From: Octopus sinensis
Taxonomy: Eukaryota
DNA length: 64,000 nucleotides
Reading direction: 5' to 3'
Assembly: GCF_006345805.1 (NCBI RefSeq)
Contig: NC_043020.1
Coordinates: forward strand, 6,820,001-6,884,000
The notes under the pieces were generated by a model. The model did not search any database. It saw nothing but the letters and a program-made list of their open reading frames with translations, and was not told the DNA's origin. The translations under genes and the position numbers were made by a program. This document shows, piece after piece, positions 12,646 to 26,829 of this stretch (within the stretch, counting starts at the first letter, position 1; each line of letters opens with the position of its first letter).

Positions 12646-13808
12646 CAAGTGTACTGGGTGGTGTTTTTTGCATAGCACTAGTGCCAACAAGGTCACCAAG
12701 TGACTTACAAGTCAAAACTTCCCTAACTGAATGATCTTGCAAGGTACCTGGTGACTTCACTGGTGCCTATAGATATATATATTCATACACACACGTATAT
12801 ACATATTCCCACCCCTCATTTCTATTCATATGTAACAATGTCAACTGAACTTGGATGTCTGTTACTACAGACATCTATAAACAATGATGACACGTCACTG
12901 CATTCAGTCTCTGTTGAACTTTTTTAACACAAACAGGCCATTCCCCCTACGGTCCACCCCACCCCCACTTCTTTCTCTGTATATCCCCCCATACACACAC
13001 TCTGTCTCTAGTAAACACACACATTCACAAACACACATACAGACACACTCACACATTCATACACACTCACATTCACATACACACATTCTCTCTCACACAC
13101 ACATACATGTTCACACACATACATTCTCACTTACACGTTCTCACACACACATACACATTTTCATACATTCTCACACACACATACACACTCTCATACACCC
13201 ATACACACATTTTCATACATTCTCACACACACATACACACACACACACACACATTCTCTCACACATACATTCTCACATATCCATACACACATTCTCACAC
13301 ACACACACATATACACACACACATTCTCACACACATACACACTTTCTCACACACATACACACTTTCTCACACACATTCACACATACACATATACATACAC
13401 ACACATTCTCACACACGGATACACACATTCTCACACACGGATACACACATTCTCACACACCCATACAAATATTCTCACACACCCATACACACATTCTCAC
13501 ACACATACATGCTTACGCACACATTCAAGATAGTTTACCTTTCAAAACAACTCTAGTGAAGTGTGAACTGACTCACCAATCACTTGAAGCGGCAAGCAGG
13601 CAGAACCGTTAGCATGCTGAGCAAAACGTTTAGTGGAATTTTAAGTCTTCGTGCTTTGAGTTCAAATTCCACCGAGGTCGACTTTGCCTTTCATCCTTTC
13701 ACGGTCAATAAAATAAGTCCCAGATCAGTACTGAGGTCAATATAATCAACTATTGCTCTCCAGCAAACGTTCAGGTCTTGTGCCTATAGTAGAAAGGATA
13801 ATAACTTA

Positions 13809-14299
13809 CTAGCAGTATCGCCCGGCGTTGCTCGGGTTTGTAAGGGAAATAACTATATAAGCATTTTTAGAGAGTTATAGCCAAAATATAGCAAAAAAAT
13901 GCATTAAAAATGGAAAAAAAAATGATGGTAATTTTTTTTTTAAATCGTTGACTCATCGTAGACATTTTTAGAGAGTTACTTCCCTTATATAATAGCGAAA
14001 AAATGAATTAAAATGGAAAAAAATGATGGTAAATTTTTTTTTAAATCGTAGACTCATCGTAGACATTTTTAGAGAGTTACTTCCCTTATATAATAGCGAA
14101 AAAATACATTAAAATGGAAAAAATGATGGTAAATTTTTTTCTAAATCGTAGACTCATCGTAGACGCGCGCTAATACCCAGAAGGGCTCGATATGAATCAT
14201 GACTATAAGATACCCGGTTTTGGTTAAAATGTGGGAGTAGTTAGGAATCTAAATCGAAGGGGACAGACACTCACACAACTTCACTTTTATATATATAGA
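13809..14299 (-). mobile_element. Non-autonomous Helitron
   Basis: On minus strand: A|TCtatatatataa... 5' end, GC-rich hairpin (cccgagcaacgccggg) then CTAG|T 3' end; no TSD; internal ~100-bp tandem duplication. Confidence 0.8.
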
Positions 14300-14729
14300 T
14301 TACCACTGCCTTCGCTAGGCAGAGGTATTGTTTTTAGTTGTGTTTGTTTGTTTGTTTGTCTGTCCATGGACAAAATATTTCAAGAACCACTGGATGGATT
14401 CGGATGAAACTTTCAGGGATGTTTAGCATTGGGACTAGCAATGAACTGTTTAGATTTTGGGATCGATCCGGTACTGGACAAGGATTCTGGATTATCTTAT
14501 TATACTCTACTCTTTAACTCTACACTTTTACTTGTTTCAGTCATTTGACTGCGGCCATGCTGGAGCACCGCCTTTAGTCGAGCAAATCGAACCCGGGATT
14601 TATTCTTTGTAAGCCCAGTACTTATTCTATCGGTCTTTTTTGCCGAACCGCTAAGTGACGGGGACGCAAACACACCAGCATTGGTTGTCAAGCAATGCTA
14701 GGGGGACAAACACAGACACACAAACATAT

Positions 14730-14760
<31 letters not shown>

Positions 14761-15112
14761 CATATATACGACAGGCTTCTTTCAGTTTCCGTCTACCAAA
14801 TCCACTCACAAGGCATTTGTCGGCTCGGGGCTATTGCAGAAGACACTTGCCCAAGATGCCATGCAGTGGGACTGAACCCGGAACCATGTGGTTGGTAAGC
14901 AAGCTACTTACCACACAGCCACTCCTGCGCCTATCTTTACTGTTTTTTACTTAATTTTTGAAAGCAGTCAGGTTCATTTTTAGCATTCTCATTTATGAAA
15001 GCAGTTGAGTTTATTTCAGATATTCTCATTTTAAAACTCATCTCTGGCTAATTGTTGAGAGGATGTTTGTATTGCCTTGGTGGAGGTTTGCACTCAATGA
15101 GTGCTCTTGTTG
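14300..15112 (+). mobile_element. DINE-1/HINE-like (Helentron-associated) element interrupted by a SINE
   Basis: 5' short inverted repeat, (GTTT)n/GTCT microsatellite, 3' ccttggtggagg...gcactcaatgagtgc palindrome; SINE inserted at ~14526-14932. Confidence 0.5.
14526..14932 (-). mobile_element. SINE family A, full length
   Basis: Near-identical to 22431-22815 in reverse complement. Confidence 0.85.
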
Positions 15113-15661
15113 TTGTTATTATTATTATTAACACTGACAAAGGTGGCGAGATGGCAGAATTGTTTGCATGCCAGACAAAACACTTAGCAGCATTTTGTCT
15201 GTCTTTACGTTCTGAGTTGAAATCCTGCTATGGTTGACTTTGCCTTTCATCCTCTCGAGGTCGATAAAATAAGTACCAGTTGAGTACTGGGGTCGATGTA
15301 ACTGACTTACCTCCTCCCCTGAAATTGCAGGTCTTGCGTCAAAATTTGAACCCATTATTATTATTATTATCATCATTATTATAATTATTATTATCGTCAT
15401 TATCATTATTATTATTGTTGTTATTATTATTATTATTGAAGGTTGTGAACAGGCAGAGCTGTTAGTGTGCCTGGTTAAAAGCTTTCCAGCATTTTGTGTC
15501 TTAATGTTCTGAGATCAAATTCTACTGAGGTCGACTCCATCTTTCATCCATTCAGGGTCGATAAATTAAGTACCAGTTGAATACTGGGGTCAATGTAATC
15601 AACACACACACCCCTTCCCCAAAAATGGCTACCCTTGTGGCAAAATTTGAAACCATTATCC

Positions 15662-15696
<35 letters not shown>

Positions 15697-15868
15697 CACT
15701 AGTGGGACCCAAGAAAATTTCATGGAATTAATGGTAAACTTATTGGTTTATTTCTGAAAACTTTATCCAAAAAACCTGAAAGCATGGCCTGTGTTGTGTC
15801 TGTGTGGGAAGATAGTTGCTCATCTGCTATTCATTGAAGAGGGAAAGAAATTGGAATAGGATGTTTAT

Positions 15869-16098
15869 TTAACCCTTTCATGACTGTATTTATTTTGAGA
15901 TGCTCTGTGTTTCTTTCAATTAATTTTAGATATAACAAAGAATTTAGTAAAATAACTTAGTTACCAATAAGCTAGTGTTAGGAACATAAAATGTGACTAA
16001 GGTTTGATGGAAGATTTTAATTCAGAACTTTTATAAACAAGACATTTGTACAACAGAGTCAGAGCTGGTTTCAGCCGGGTTGGTAACGAAATAGTTAA
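15869..16098. mobile_element. TTAA-flanked piggyBac-type MITE, family M1
   Basis: TTAA|CCCTTT ... right end degenerate|TTAA; near-identical body to 16215-16443 and 38423-38652. Confidence 0.75.
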
Positions 16099-16214
16099 GA
16101 GAAGCTATTTAAGAAAGAAAGAACGATTTTATTGCTGTTGAGGTCATCTTCACCTTTCATATCTTCAACATCAATACTAATGGGACCTGTGGAAATTCCA
16201 CAGAGTGAAAAAGA

Positions 16215-16443
16215 TTAACCCTTTTGTTACCATATTTCTGTTGAGATGCTCTGTGTTTCTTTCAATTACTTTAAATATAACAAAGAATTTAGTAAAATAA
16301 CTTAGTTATCATTCAGCTAGTGTTAGGAACATAAATTGTGACTAAGGTTTGGTGGAAGATTTTAATTCAGAACTTATGAAAACAAGACATTTGTACTTCA
16401 GAGCCAGAACTGGTTTCAGCCAGATTGATCTCAAAAGGGTTAA
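16215..16443. mobile_element. TTAA-flanked piggyBac-type MITE, family M1
   Basis: TTAA|CCCTTTT ... AAAAGGG|TTAA. Confidence 0.8.
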
Positions 16444-16944
16444 TGTACTTTATATATTTACTTTATATACTTTATTCACAATTTTATAGACTTAATACAC
16501 AGCACTCATAAAATAAATATTCACTCTTTTTTTCCCATTTTTCCCCAAGAACAAACAAAAAAAAAATATCCCGTACATAGGATACAACCTTTAGTTTGTC
16601 ATGTAAATAAATACGAATATTTCACGGAATATTGCACTTATGTGTATACGTCAAGTGATATAAACAAACTTAGTTCAATTACAAACAAATACACTTTTCA
16701 CTATCCAGTCATCACTACCACCACCACCATCATCCCTCTCTTCCTCCTCTCTCTTTCTCTCTCTCTCTTTTCCTTTAACCTCACCATCAGAACATCCCTC
16801 TGCTAAGATTATTATGTTCCCCCTACATCACGTCATGGATACTTCTCTCTCTCCCCTTTTCTCTTTCCCTCTTTCTTATTTCTTTATTGCCCACAAGGGC
16901 CTAAACATAGAGGGGACAAACAAGGGGATTAAGTTGATTACCAG

Positions 16945-17225
16945 GGCTTTACTCTCATTCTACCAGGACTTTACTCTCATTCGACACAGTAGCAGGGGCT
17001 GAACAAGGCCTCGTGGCAGACCCCGCACCATATGGCTGGATGTGATTGGGGAAGACCTCCAGAGGCTCAATGTCACCTTGGAGGATACAGAAGGGCAGAC
17101 AAGGGACAGCCAGCAATGGAGAGCACTGGTGGACCTGGTTGGCTTTACACATGATGACATCTCTAGGGCCACTAATCCAGGATGACCCCAGTCCCATCAA
17201 GCGAGAGCATGTAACAAGCAAGCAA
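16945..17225 (+). mobile_element. LINE C-terminal fragment
   Basis: Reads RPRGRPRTIWLDVIGEDL..RDSQQWRALV, typical of non-LTR ORF2 C-termini. Confidence 0.55.
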
Positions 17226-18132
17226 GGAGCATTAGTTAAATACACTTACAAGGCTTTGGCCAGTCTGGGGCAATGGTAGAAGACAGTTGCCCAAGGTGCC
17301 GCGCTGTGGGACTGAACCCAAATCCACATGGTTGGGAAGTAAACTTCTTAATTACACAGGCATACCTGAACTCATTTGTGTGTGTGTGTGCGTGTGCACG
17401 TGTGGTGTGTGCACGTGTGTGTGTGTGCACACGTGTATGTATGTGTATACATATGTGTGTGTATATATGCACATATGTGTGTATATATGCACATATGTGT
17501 GTGTATATATGCACATATGTGTGTATATATGCACATATGTGTGTGTATATATGTACATATGTGAGTGTATATATGTACATAAATATGTGCTTGTATTTAT
17601 ATATGCATTGGTGTGTGTACACATATTTATGAGTGTGTGCATACACACACACACACACACAGGAGTTAAGACCCCACTAATATAGATAACAATGTTCATA
17701 CAAACACAACCACAAATATCTCCTCCAAAATAGCTCCCTTATTACCTGCAGTCGAACCCCTATCCCAGGTGTGTAGACAAGCTTCTCTGCTCTGGGGCCC
17801 TTATATGACTACACACATAACACCTGACTTGCTTTTTTTTCTTTGGTAGGGGGAAGCGGTTTCTTTACAAGCAGTGAGGCATAAAATTTGGTCATGGCCA
17901 TCAGCAAAACACATTGCACCCATTTGCATGCACCACAAAGGCATTTTCGAGCCTACATGCAGCAGAAGGTGACCTCCTTTTCAGCATAAAAACAAAAACC
18001 CATATGTGGTGGTGGTGGTGGTGGCACCGGTGGGGCTACACGTACATAAATGACTTTTTGAGACATGTGATACATCACAATTAACAAAAGCTGGTTTTCT
18101 AAATGCAGAACCACAATAAGTAATACTGATAA

Positions 18133-18195
<63 letters not shown>

Positions 18196-18196
18196 T

Positions 18197-18231
<35 letters not shown>

Positions 18232-18370
18232 GGTCTGTGGCTTCCCAACTACATGGTTCTAGGTTCAATCCCACTGCATGGCACCTCAGGCAAATGTGTT
18301 CCACTGTAGCCTTGAGCTGATCAAAGCCTTGTGAGTGGATTTGGCAGATAAAAAATAAAATAAGCCTGTC

Positions 18371-18404
<34 letters not shown>

Positions 18405-18482
18405 ATAAATATTAGGGAATAAATCCAAATTTACAGGGAAAAAATCAGATTTAGGATTAAATCCAATTTTATAGTAAAATAT

Positions 18483-18805
18483 TATAAAATATTATTAGAG
18501 ACAAAACCACTATTTTGCAAAACAAACAAGGAAAGACTTAATCAATACATAAAATTTTAATAAATAGTCAAAAAAAACCGCCACTACAATTGTTTTTGTC
18601 TTGATCGACAATCTTCAGGTGGACTTCCAATAAGTCAGTTTCAAATTATGAAACTGACTTATTGGAAGTCCACCTGAAGATTGTCGATCAAGACAAGAAA
18701 CAATTGTAGTGGCGGTTTTTTTGACTATTTATTAAAATTTTATGTATTGATTAAGTCTTTCCTTGTTTGTTTTGCAAAATAGTGGTTTTGTCTCTAATAA
18801 TATTT

Positions 18806-18809
<4 letters not shown>
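18483..18809. repeat. Near-perfect palindrome (~161-bp arms, 5-nt loop), Penelope-like terminal repeat in (TA)n
   Basis: Arm 18483-18643 is the reverse complement of 18649-18809, loop aatta; flanked by (TA)n. Confidence 0.92.
18670..18712 (+). ncRNA. Minimal type I hammerhead ribozyme motif
   Basis: ccac-CTGAAGA-ttgtc(gatcaa)gacaa-GAAA-c(aatt)g-TA-gtgg: complete core, stems I and II pair, palindromic short stem III. Confidence 0.8.
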
Positions 18810-18840
<31 letters not shown>

Positions 18841-19064
18841 GTATTTGTGTGTGTGTATCTATGTGCATTCCCCTGCCATTGCATGACAACCAATGTTAGT
18901 GTATTTACGTCCCCGTAACTTAGCAGTTCAGCAAAACAGACTGATAGAATAAGTACTAGGCTTACAAAGAATAAGTCCTAGGGTTGATTTGCTTGACTAA
19001 AAGGTGGTGCCCCAGCATGGCCACAGTCAAATGACTGAAACAAGTAAAAGAATAAAAGAATAGT

Positions 19065-19440
19065 TGCAGGAGTGGCTGTGTGATAAGAAGCTTGCTTCCC
19101 AACCACATAATTCTGGGTTCAGTCCCACTGCATGGCACATCGAGCAAGTGTCCTCTACTATAGCCCTGGGTTGATCAAAGTCTTGTGAGTGGATTTGGTA
19201 CACGGAAACTGAAAGAAACCAATCAAGTGTGTGTGTTTGTCTCCCACCCTACATTGCTTGACAACCTGCGTTGGTGTGTTTACATCCCATGACTTAGCAG
19301 TTCTGCAAAAGAGACCAAAAGAGCGAGTACCAGGCTTTAAAAAAAAAAAAGCTTATGTACCGGGGTCAAGTTGCTCTATCAAAATGCTTCAAGGTGGTGC
19401 TCCAGTATGGCCCCAGTCTAATGACTGAAACAAGTAAAAG
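19065..19440 (+). mobile_element. SINE family A (a preceding copy at ~18235-19038 is split by the Penelope-like palindrome)
   Basis: gcaggagtggctgtgtg head ... gactgaaacaagtaaaag tail. Confidence 0.75.
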
Positions 19441-19551
19441 ATATATATTTGTGTTGTGTGTGTGTACATGTGTGCATATAAACCATATTTGCATGTATAA
19501 CATGTGACCTCATCTGTATCACTAGCGATTTTTTTTTTTCTTCCCTTCTAT

Positions 19552-19586
19552 GTTTCCGACGAAGAGCTCCGCTCGAAACGTCAAAC
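19552..19586 (+). ncRNA. Variant hammerhead-like motif
   Basis: gttt-CCGACGA-a-gagc(tcc)gctc-GAAA-cg-TC-aaac; CCGA instead of CUGA, plus one extra A. Confidence 0.5.
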
Positions 19587-20004
19587 CCTCCTTCTTTCCT
19601 TCTTTCCTGAGCGTCCAATAATACTATATTTGTTCCACGTCCTCGCGTTGTTGTCTTTTCGTTTTTGTTTTCTTGTTTGGATTATATATATATATATATA
19701 TATATATATAATGCATTCCGTTGCCAGCCTCGCCTGGCCCTCGTGCCGGTGGCACATAAAAAGCACCATCCGTTCGTGGCCGTTTGCCAGCTCTGTCTGG
19801 CACCAGTGCGGGTGGCACGTAAAAAGCACCCACTACACTCACGGAGTGGTTGGCGTTAGGAAAGGCATCCAGCTGTAGAAACACTGCCAGGTCAGACTGG
19901 GCCTGATGAAGCCTTCTGGCTTCACAGACCCCAGTAGAACCGTCCAACCCATGCTAGCATGGAAAACGGACGCTAAATGATGATGATGATATACATGTAA
20001 GTGA

Positions 20005-20340
20005 AGGCACATGGCTCAGTGGTTAGAGCATCAGGCTCATAATCCTGAGGTAGTGAGTTCAATTCCCTGACCAGGCTGTGTGTTGTGTTCTTGAGCAAGA
20101 CACTTTATTTCATTTTGCTCCAGTTCACTCAGCTGTGGAAATGTGCTACAATTTCATTGGTGCTAAGTTGTATCAGCCTTTGCCTTTGCCAACATCTGTG
20201 GCATGGAGAAGGGAGGCTGGTATGCATGGATGACTGCTGTTCTTACATAAAACAATCTTGCCCGGACTTGTGCCTCAGAGGGGAACTTTCTAGGTGCAAT
20301 CTCATGGTCAGTCATGATGGAAGGGGGTTTTACCCTTTTA
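20005..20340 (+). mobile_element. tRNA-derived SINE family D
   Basis: tggctcagtggttagagc..gagttcaattccc head then gtgttcttgagcaagacact; relatives at 31695-31870, 6275-6597, 35826-36105 (-) and 52860-53187 (-). Confidence 0.7.
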
Positions 20341-21924
20341 TATACACAAATAAGAACATAAATGCAAAACAAGGCACAGAAAAAATTAGTTCTCAAAAAA
20401 TGGAGTGAAAGTGATACGCCTATCACAACTGTCTGACGGACATGAATGTGAACCACTGAGTCACAGTCTGCGACAATTTTGTGAGCCATCAAGCCAAGTG
20501 GATTTGGTAGACGGAAACTGAAAGAAGCCCATCGTATATATATATATATATATGCATGTTTGTGTATATATATTTGTGTGTGTGTGTCCTCAACATCACT
20601 TGACAACTGATGTTGGTGTGTTTACGTCTCCATAACTTAGCAGTTCAGCAAAAGATACCGATAGAATAAGTACTAGGCTTACAACGAATAAGTCCTAGGG
20701 TTGATTTGCTCGACTAAAGGCGGTGCTCCAGCATGGCCGCAGTCAAAATGACTGAAACAAGTAAAAGAGTAAAAAGAGTAAATGTTTGTGCTGTACATTT
20801 GCTTACTATGTCCATCAAATCGGTGTTACCTGAACAGGTGGATGGTGTACCACAGGTCAGATGTCGAGGCGATTGGTAAGATGTCGAGGCAATTGGTAAG
20901 ATGTCGAGGCAAAAGGTAATGGCGAACTTCTGCTGACTCTTTCGCCACAACTTTCTCTCACTCTTTCCTCTTGCATCTTTCAGCTCACCTGCAACGGACG
21001 GGCATCCCGTCCAGGTGGGGAACCTATATGCCAAGAAAACCGGGAAACCGGCCCTTATGAGCCAGGTATGGCTCGGGAAGGAACAAACAACAACCCTCAC
21101 CAGCTGAGCATCCCTAATCTTGTGGACTCATAGGTGCTGGTGCCATGTAAAAAGCACCGGCGCTGGTGCCATGTAAAAAGCACCCAGTACACACTGTAAA
21201 GTTGCCTGCATTAGGAAGGGCACCCAGCAGTAGAAACCATGCCAAAACAGACAGGGAGCCTGAACAGCCCTTCAGCTGGCCAACTTCTGTCAAACCATCC
21301 GACCCATGACAACATAAAAAAACAGTTGTTGAATGATATTGATTATGAAATCTGAGTAAAAACCACAAGAGTTGTGATGAAGCAGGTTCATTTATAGAAT
21401 GAGGTTTTTATTGCATAAAATATAGGGTCCATAGTAAAGGGGTTGTGTATGTTGTGTTGTGATAAAATGCTTCTGTGGAGATTATCTGATGTGTGTTTTT
21501 TTTTACATCTGTTTTTCCTTGCTAGCATGGGTTAGTTGCGTACATCAGTGAATCATTGTTTTATTGCTGGATGCCCTTCCTGTTGGGTCATATCCAACCC
21601 AAAAGTTTTTACCCGTTTTATGTTCAATCTGGCCAGATCAGACCTCTCACACTTATCCTACAATGTCACTCTAAAAACAAACAATCCCATCATTGAAATA
21701 CCAAAGCTACAAGGTAATGCATGGGGAATTCAGATCAAAGCAAATATAAGCATTACCATTCCACAGAATAATCTAAAATGCTAAAAGGGGGCCCAATTTT
21801 GCATATAGGCCCCAGGGGTTCATATTTTATGCTTTCAAATACAATATACTGATGATGATAATGATGGTGTATCTTAATTTCTTCTAATATTTCTCTGTTA
21901 TTTTCCAGTATCACCACTCCCACC

Positions 21925-21991
21925 ATGACCACCTCCTCCTACCAAATGGATACTAAATTATTACTCTTCCTACTTCTTTTAATCCACCCTG
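21925..21991 (+). CDS. Coding exon 1 (signal peptide) of TSP1-TSP1-LDLa cell-surface protein; exon starts at 21909
   Basis: Acceptor ttttccag|21909, ATG in CACCATG context at 21925, reads MTTSSYQMDTKLLLFLLLLIHP+G, donor g|gtaagt at 21992. Phase 1 joins in frame to exon 33550 (IHP-V-LSVVMTW). Not in the ORF track. Confidence 0.8.
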
Positions 21992-22430
21992 GTAAGTAAT
22001 TAAACCTTTTTTTAATCATAATTAATCCCAAAAGTATTCCAACATTCACTAACAAAAGTCACATGCCTTCCTGTTAGTTTTTTTCGCTTTTGATCCTATG
22101 TTGTTTTGTTTGTGTTCTTTGCTGTTTGTTGCATATTTTGTTTGTTTACTTTGCCTATTTTGTTTAAATCTTATGTCATCGTTTTAGCTTGTGTTATTTT
22201 TGCTGAACTTCTGGCGTTACATAACAAACTTTTATGCAAAGAAAACATCTCCCATATCACTCGCATGTGTACATATAAATACAGACATTCCTTCACGCAT
22301 AACCATACACACACACGAATATATAAATACACTCACGCACACAAACATAAACACACACATACATAAAACAAAAACACACGCATACATACAGGCACACCCA
22401 CGTATATATATATATATGTTTGTATTCATA

Positions 22431-22815
22431 GGCGCAGGAGTGGCTGTGTGGTAAGTAGCGTGCTTACCAACCACATGGTTCCGGGTTCAGTCCCACTGCG
22501 TGGCATCTTGGGCAAGTGTCTTCTACTATAGCCTCGGGCCGACTAATGCCTTGTGAGTGGATTTGGTAGGCGGAAACTGAAAGAAACCTGTCGTATATAT
22601 ATATGGGTTTGTGTGTCTGTGTTTGTCCCCCTAGCATTGCTTGACAACCGATGCTGGTGTGTTTACGTCCCCGTCACTTAGCGGTTCGGCAAAAAAGAGA
22701 ACGATAGAATAAGTACTGGGCTTATAAAAGAATAAGTCCCGGGGTCGATTTGCTCGACTAAAGGCGGTGCTCCAGCATGGCCGCAGTCAAATGACTGAAA
22801 CAAGTAAAAAAGTAA
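22431..22815 (+). mobile_element. SINE family A, full length
   Basis: Head ggcgcaggagtggctgtgtggtaag...ggttccgggttcagtccc (Pol III A/B-box-like), central microsatellite, tail gactgaaacaagtaaaa. Confidence 0.88.
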
Positions 22816-24054
22816 AATACACAATAAAGAAATGCGTTCGCACACATATACAAACATATGTATAAACACTCATGTATATACGGATGATCACACGTGTATA
22901 TAAACATATATACACCCAATATGGGAATACATACATACGCATACAAATACACACACATACATATGTAAATATAAACACACACACATTTCATATAATCTTC
23001 CACATTCTTTGTACGTTTCACAAACATACACACACAACACATTCTATACATCTTTATATACGCTCTCAGTTTCACTACCACACACCATCGCACACTTTCA
23101 ACAAGCTGCATGAAGGCCTCTACATCCACTGTTTCTCATTCCACAGTCCGCATCACATCTACACGCCACACACATATATATACACCTTTATATATACTGT
23201 TATACACTATCGCACGTTTTATACACTCTACATATAGTCCTGTATACACTCTGCCATACATATCACATCTACACACCATATATACACCTAAGTACATTTA
23301 TATATCATTACATAATATACACCAATTGCCTGTAGTCTTGTGTATATATACGATTAAATCAAGGATATAAAGGAATGTTAGCTGATATACACACACACAC
23401 TTCTGTATATCACACATTTTATACACGCCACAAAGTGCTCTGCACTACAAATATTATACACACTGCATCTAGTCCTCAACGTTGACTGTCCGTCCACACA
23501 GCCATCCCCGTTATACACCCACTGCTTGTTGTCCTCTATATACACTAACATACACCACCAAACACTTTCAACACACCGTAATAAGCCTCTACGTGTCTCC
23601 CTTGTAGTTATCTATATACACCGGTCTATACATCCTCACACAATTTCAGTATGCAACATACAGGCCTCTACACCTTATTATATATACCTATACGTTTCTA
23701 TACACCCACACACATCTTCAATATACAGCACAAATATATATTTATATATATACACAGTCACTAATTCTTGAGCAAAGCACTTCATTTCACGTAGCCCTGC
23801 GATCACCCCAACATCTGAGATGTGGTACACCCTTCACCTGTTCAGGCAACACCAATATGATGGGGAGTGTATATATATATATACACGTTCGGAGTTCAAA
23901 TTCCGCGGAGGTCGACTTTGCCTTTCATCCTTTCGGGGTCAATAAATTAAGTACCAGTTACGCACAGGGGTTGATATAATCGACTTAATCCGTTTGTCTG
24001 TCCTTGTTTGTCCCCTCTGTGTGTAAGCCCCTTGTGGGCAGTAAAGAAATAATA

Positions 24055-24107
<53 letters not shown>

Positions 24108-24961
24108 TATATACGCCTCTGCATCCCGCATCCGATACTCACTGCCTGTAATCCTGTCTATATATATACACGGCCCTACACTGCTATATACACATCCTTA
24201 CGCAATTTCAATACGCAGCATAGAGGTCTCTAAATCTTCCCGTAGGTCTCTTATATACATGACTATACGTTACTATACATCCGCCACACATGCCTCCAAT
24301 GCACAACATATGTACACACCTACTTCGTAAACTCACTATCTGCTATCCTACATACATACATACATATGTATATACATAAGTGTGAAACAAGGTGAAAAAA
24401 GAGTACTCGAATATGTATATATATATATATGTGTTTTTATAGATATAAATATATATATATATATATACATACGCACATACACACTACCATACTCTGTCAC
24501 AGATCTTCAATGCCCAGTATAAGAACCTCTACATCTGTCTGCATCTGTCTATATACACTCACCCACGCTACAAATTAATCGTCTAAACTAGCTGACATGT
24601 TCCCCTACAATAAATACTATTACATGACTATGTGTAATAAGTACTCTCTGTCTTGTCTTCTATATATGTAAATATACACACCACCTTGCACCCCTACACA
24701 TCATATAATCACGCACTATATATATGTATACGCACATGTGTATATATATATATATGCATCCCTCTGGTCTACAATGTTCGTAGACAACTTTTGCTAATCG
24801 TGAGCTCGTCACAGTCTGCCACAGACGGGCATTATTGCTTCCATGTTATAGAATCTCTTTTCTAATTAACATTGGTGTAGACTTCTGGCAAAGGGAGGGA
24901 GGGAGGGAGAGAAAGAGAGAGAGAAAGAGAGAGAGAAAGAGTGTGTGTGAGTCTCTATGTG

Positions 24962-25001
<40 letters not shown>

Positions 25002-25099
25002 TATTGAGATCAAGAGATGAAGAGAAGAGGAAAATAAGTCAGAGACGAATACAGAACCGTTGAATGTAGCTTGTTAAGATTTTTGACTGATGCTATGTT

Positions 25100-25288
25100 T
25101 GTGCATGTGTGTGTGTGTATATATATGTGTGTGTATGTTTATGTGTGTGTGTGTGTGTGTGTGTGTGTTATATATGTGTGTGTGTGTGTTTATATATGTG
25201 TGTGTATGTTTATATATGTGTGTGTGTGTTTATATATGGGTGTGTTTATATATGTGTGTGTGTGTGTGTGTTTGTGTGTGTGTGTATT

Positions 25289-25330
<42 letters not shown>

Positions 25331-26585
25331 TATATATGTGTGTGTGTCTGTGTGTGTTTATATATGTGTGTATGTTTATATATGTGTGTGTGTGTTTATA
25401 TATGTGTGTGTGTATGTTTATGTGTGTGTGTGTCTATGTGTGTGTGTGTGTGTGTGTTTATATGTGTGTGTGTGTGTTTATATATGTGTGTGTGTGTTCA
25501 TATATATATGTGTGTGTGTGTTTATATATGTGTGTCTGTGTGTGTGTTTATATGTGTGTCTGTGTGTGTGTTTATATATGTGTGTGTGTGTGTGTGTTTA
25601 TATATGTGTGTATATATACATGGATATGCATGAATGAGTGTATTTGAGCTAGTGTGCAATTATATATATATATATACGAAATATAGGTGCATGTTTACAA
25701 AGATGCACACACGTGTGCATATGCATTCATAGGTGTGTGTGTATGCATGCCTATACACCCAAACGCACACATGTATACATACACACATACACATACATAC
25801 ACATACCTGTACACATGTATACATATACACATACGCACACATGTATACACACACAACCGTACACATGTATACATACACACAAACGTACACATGTATACAT
25901 ACACACATACGCACACATGTATACATACACACATACGCACACATGTATACATACACACATACGCACACATGTATACATACACACATACGCACACATGTAT
26001 ACATACACACAAACGCACACATGTATACACACCCAAACGCACACACGTATACACACACATACGCACACATGCATACATACACACAAACGCACACATGTAT
26101 ACATACACACATACGCACACATGTATACATACACACATACGCACACATGTATACATACACACATACGCACACATGTATACATACACACATACGCACACAT
26201 GTATACATACACACATACGCACACACGTATACACACACATACGCACACATGCATACATACACACAAACGCACACATGTATACATACACACATACGCACAC
26301 ATGTATACATACACACATACGTACACATACATACATACACACATACGCACACATGCCTACACACACAACCGTACACATGTATACATACACACAAACGCAC
26401 ACATGTATACACACACAAACGTACACATGTATACATACACACATACGCACACATGTATACATACACACATACGTACACATACATACATACACACATACGC
26501 ACACATGCCTACACACACAACCGTACACATGTATACATACACACATACGTACACATACATACATACACACACACACACACCTGTA
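25100..26585. repeat. (TG/TA)n tract followed by a ~26-bp CA-rich minisatellite
   Basis: acgcacacatgtatacatacacacat repeated from ~25760. Confidence 0.9.
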
Positions 26586-26829
26586 CACGTCCATGTCTTT
26601 ACTTCTTGCAGTCGGTTGGGGGGTGTGGCCCGAGCCAAACTTGTTACCCACCCCTCTACAGGGACTCCTGATGGTGTTGTTAGTAAATACACTAATGGTT
26701 GGCCCATTGCCCATTCACCAATGCACTTCGCTGTTTTGTCCCGTTCGCGCCCTCCCCAGCCAATCTCTCTCTCTTTCTCTCTCTCTTCTTTACAACTTGT
26801 TCTGCTCCGACCAAGTTCAACCATCAAAC

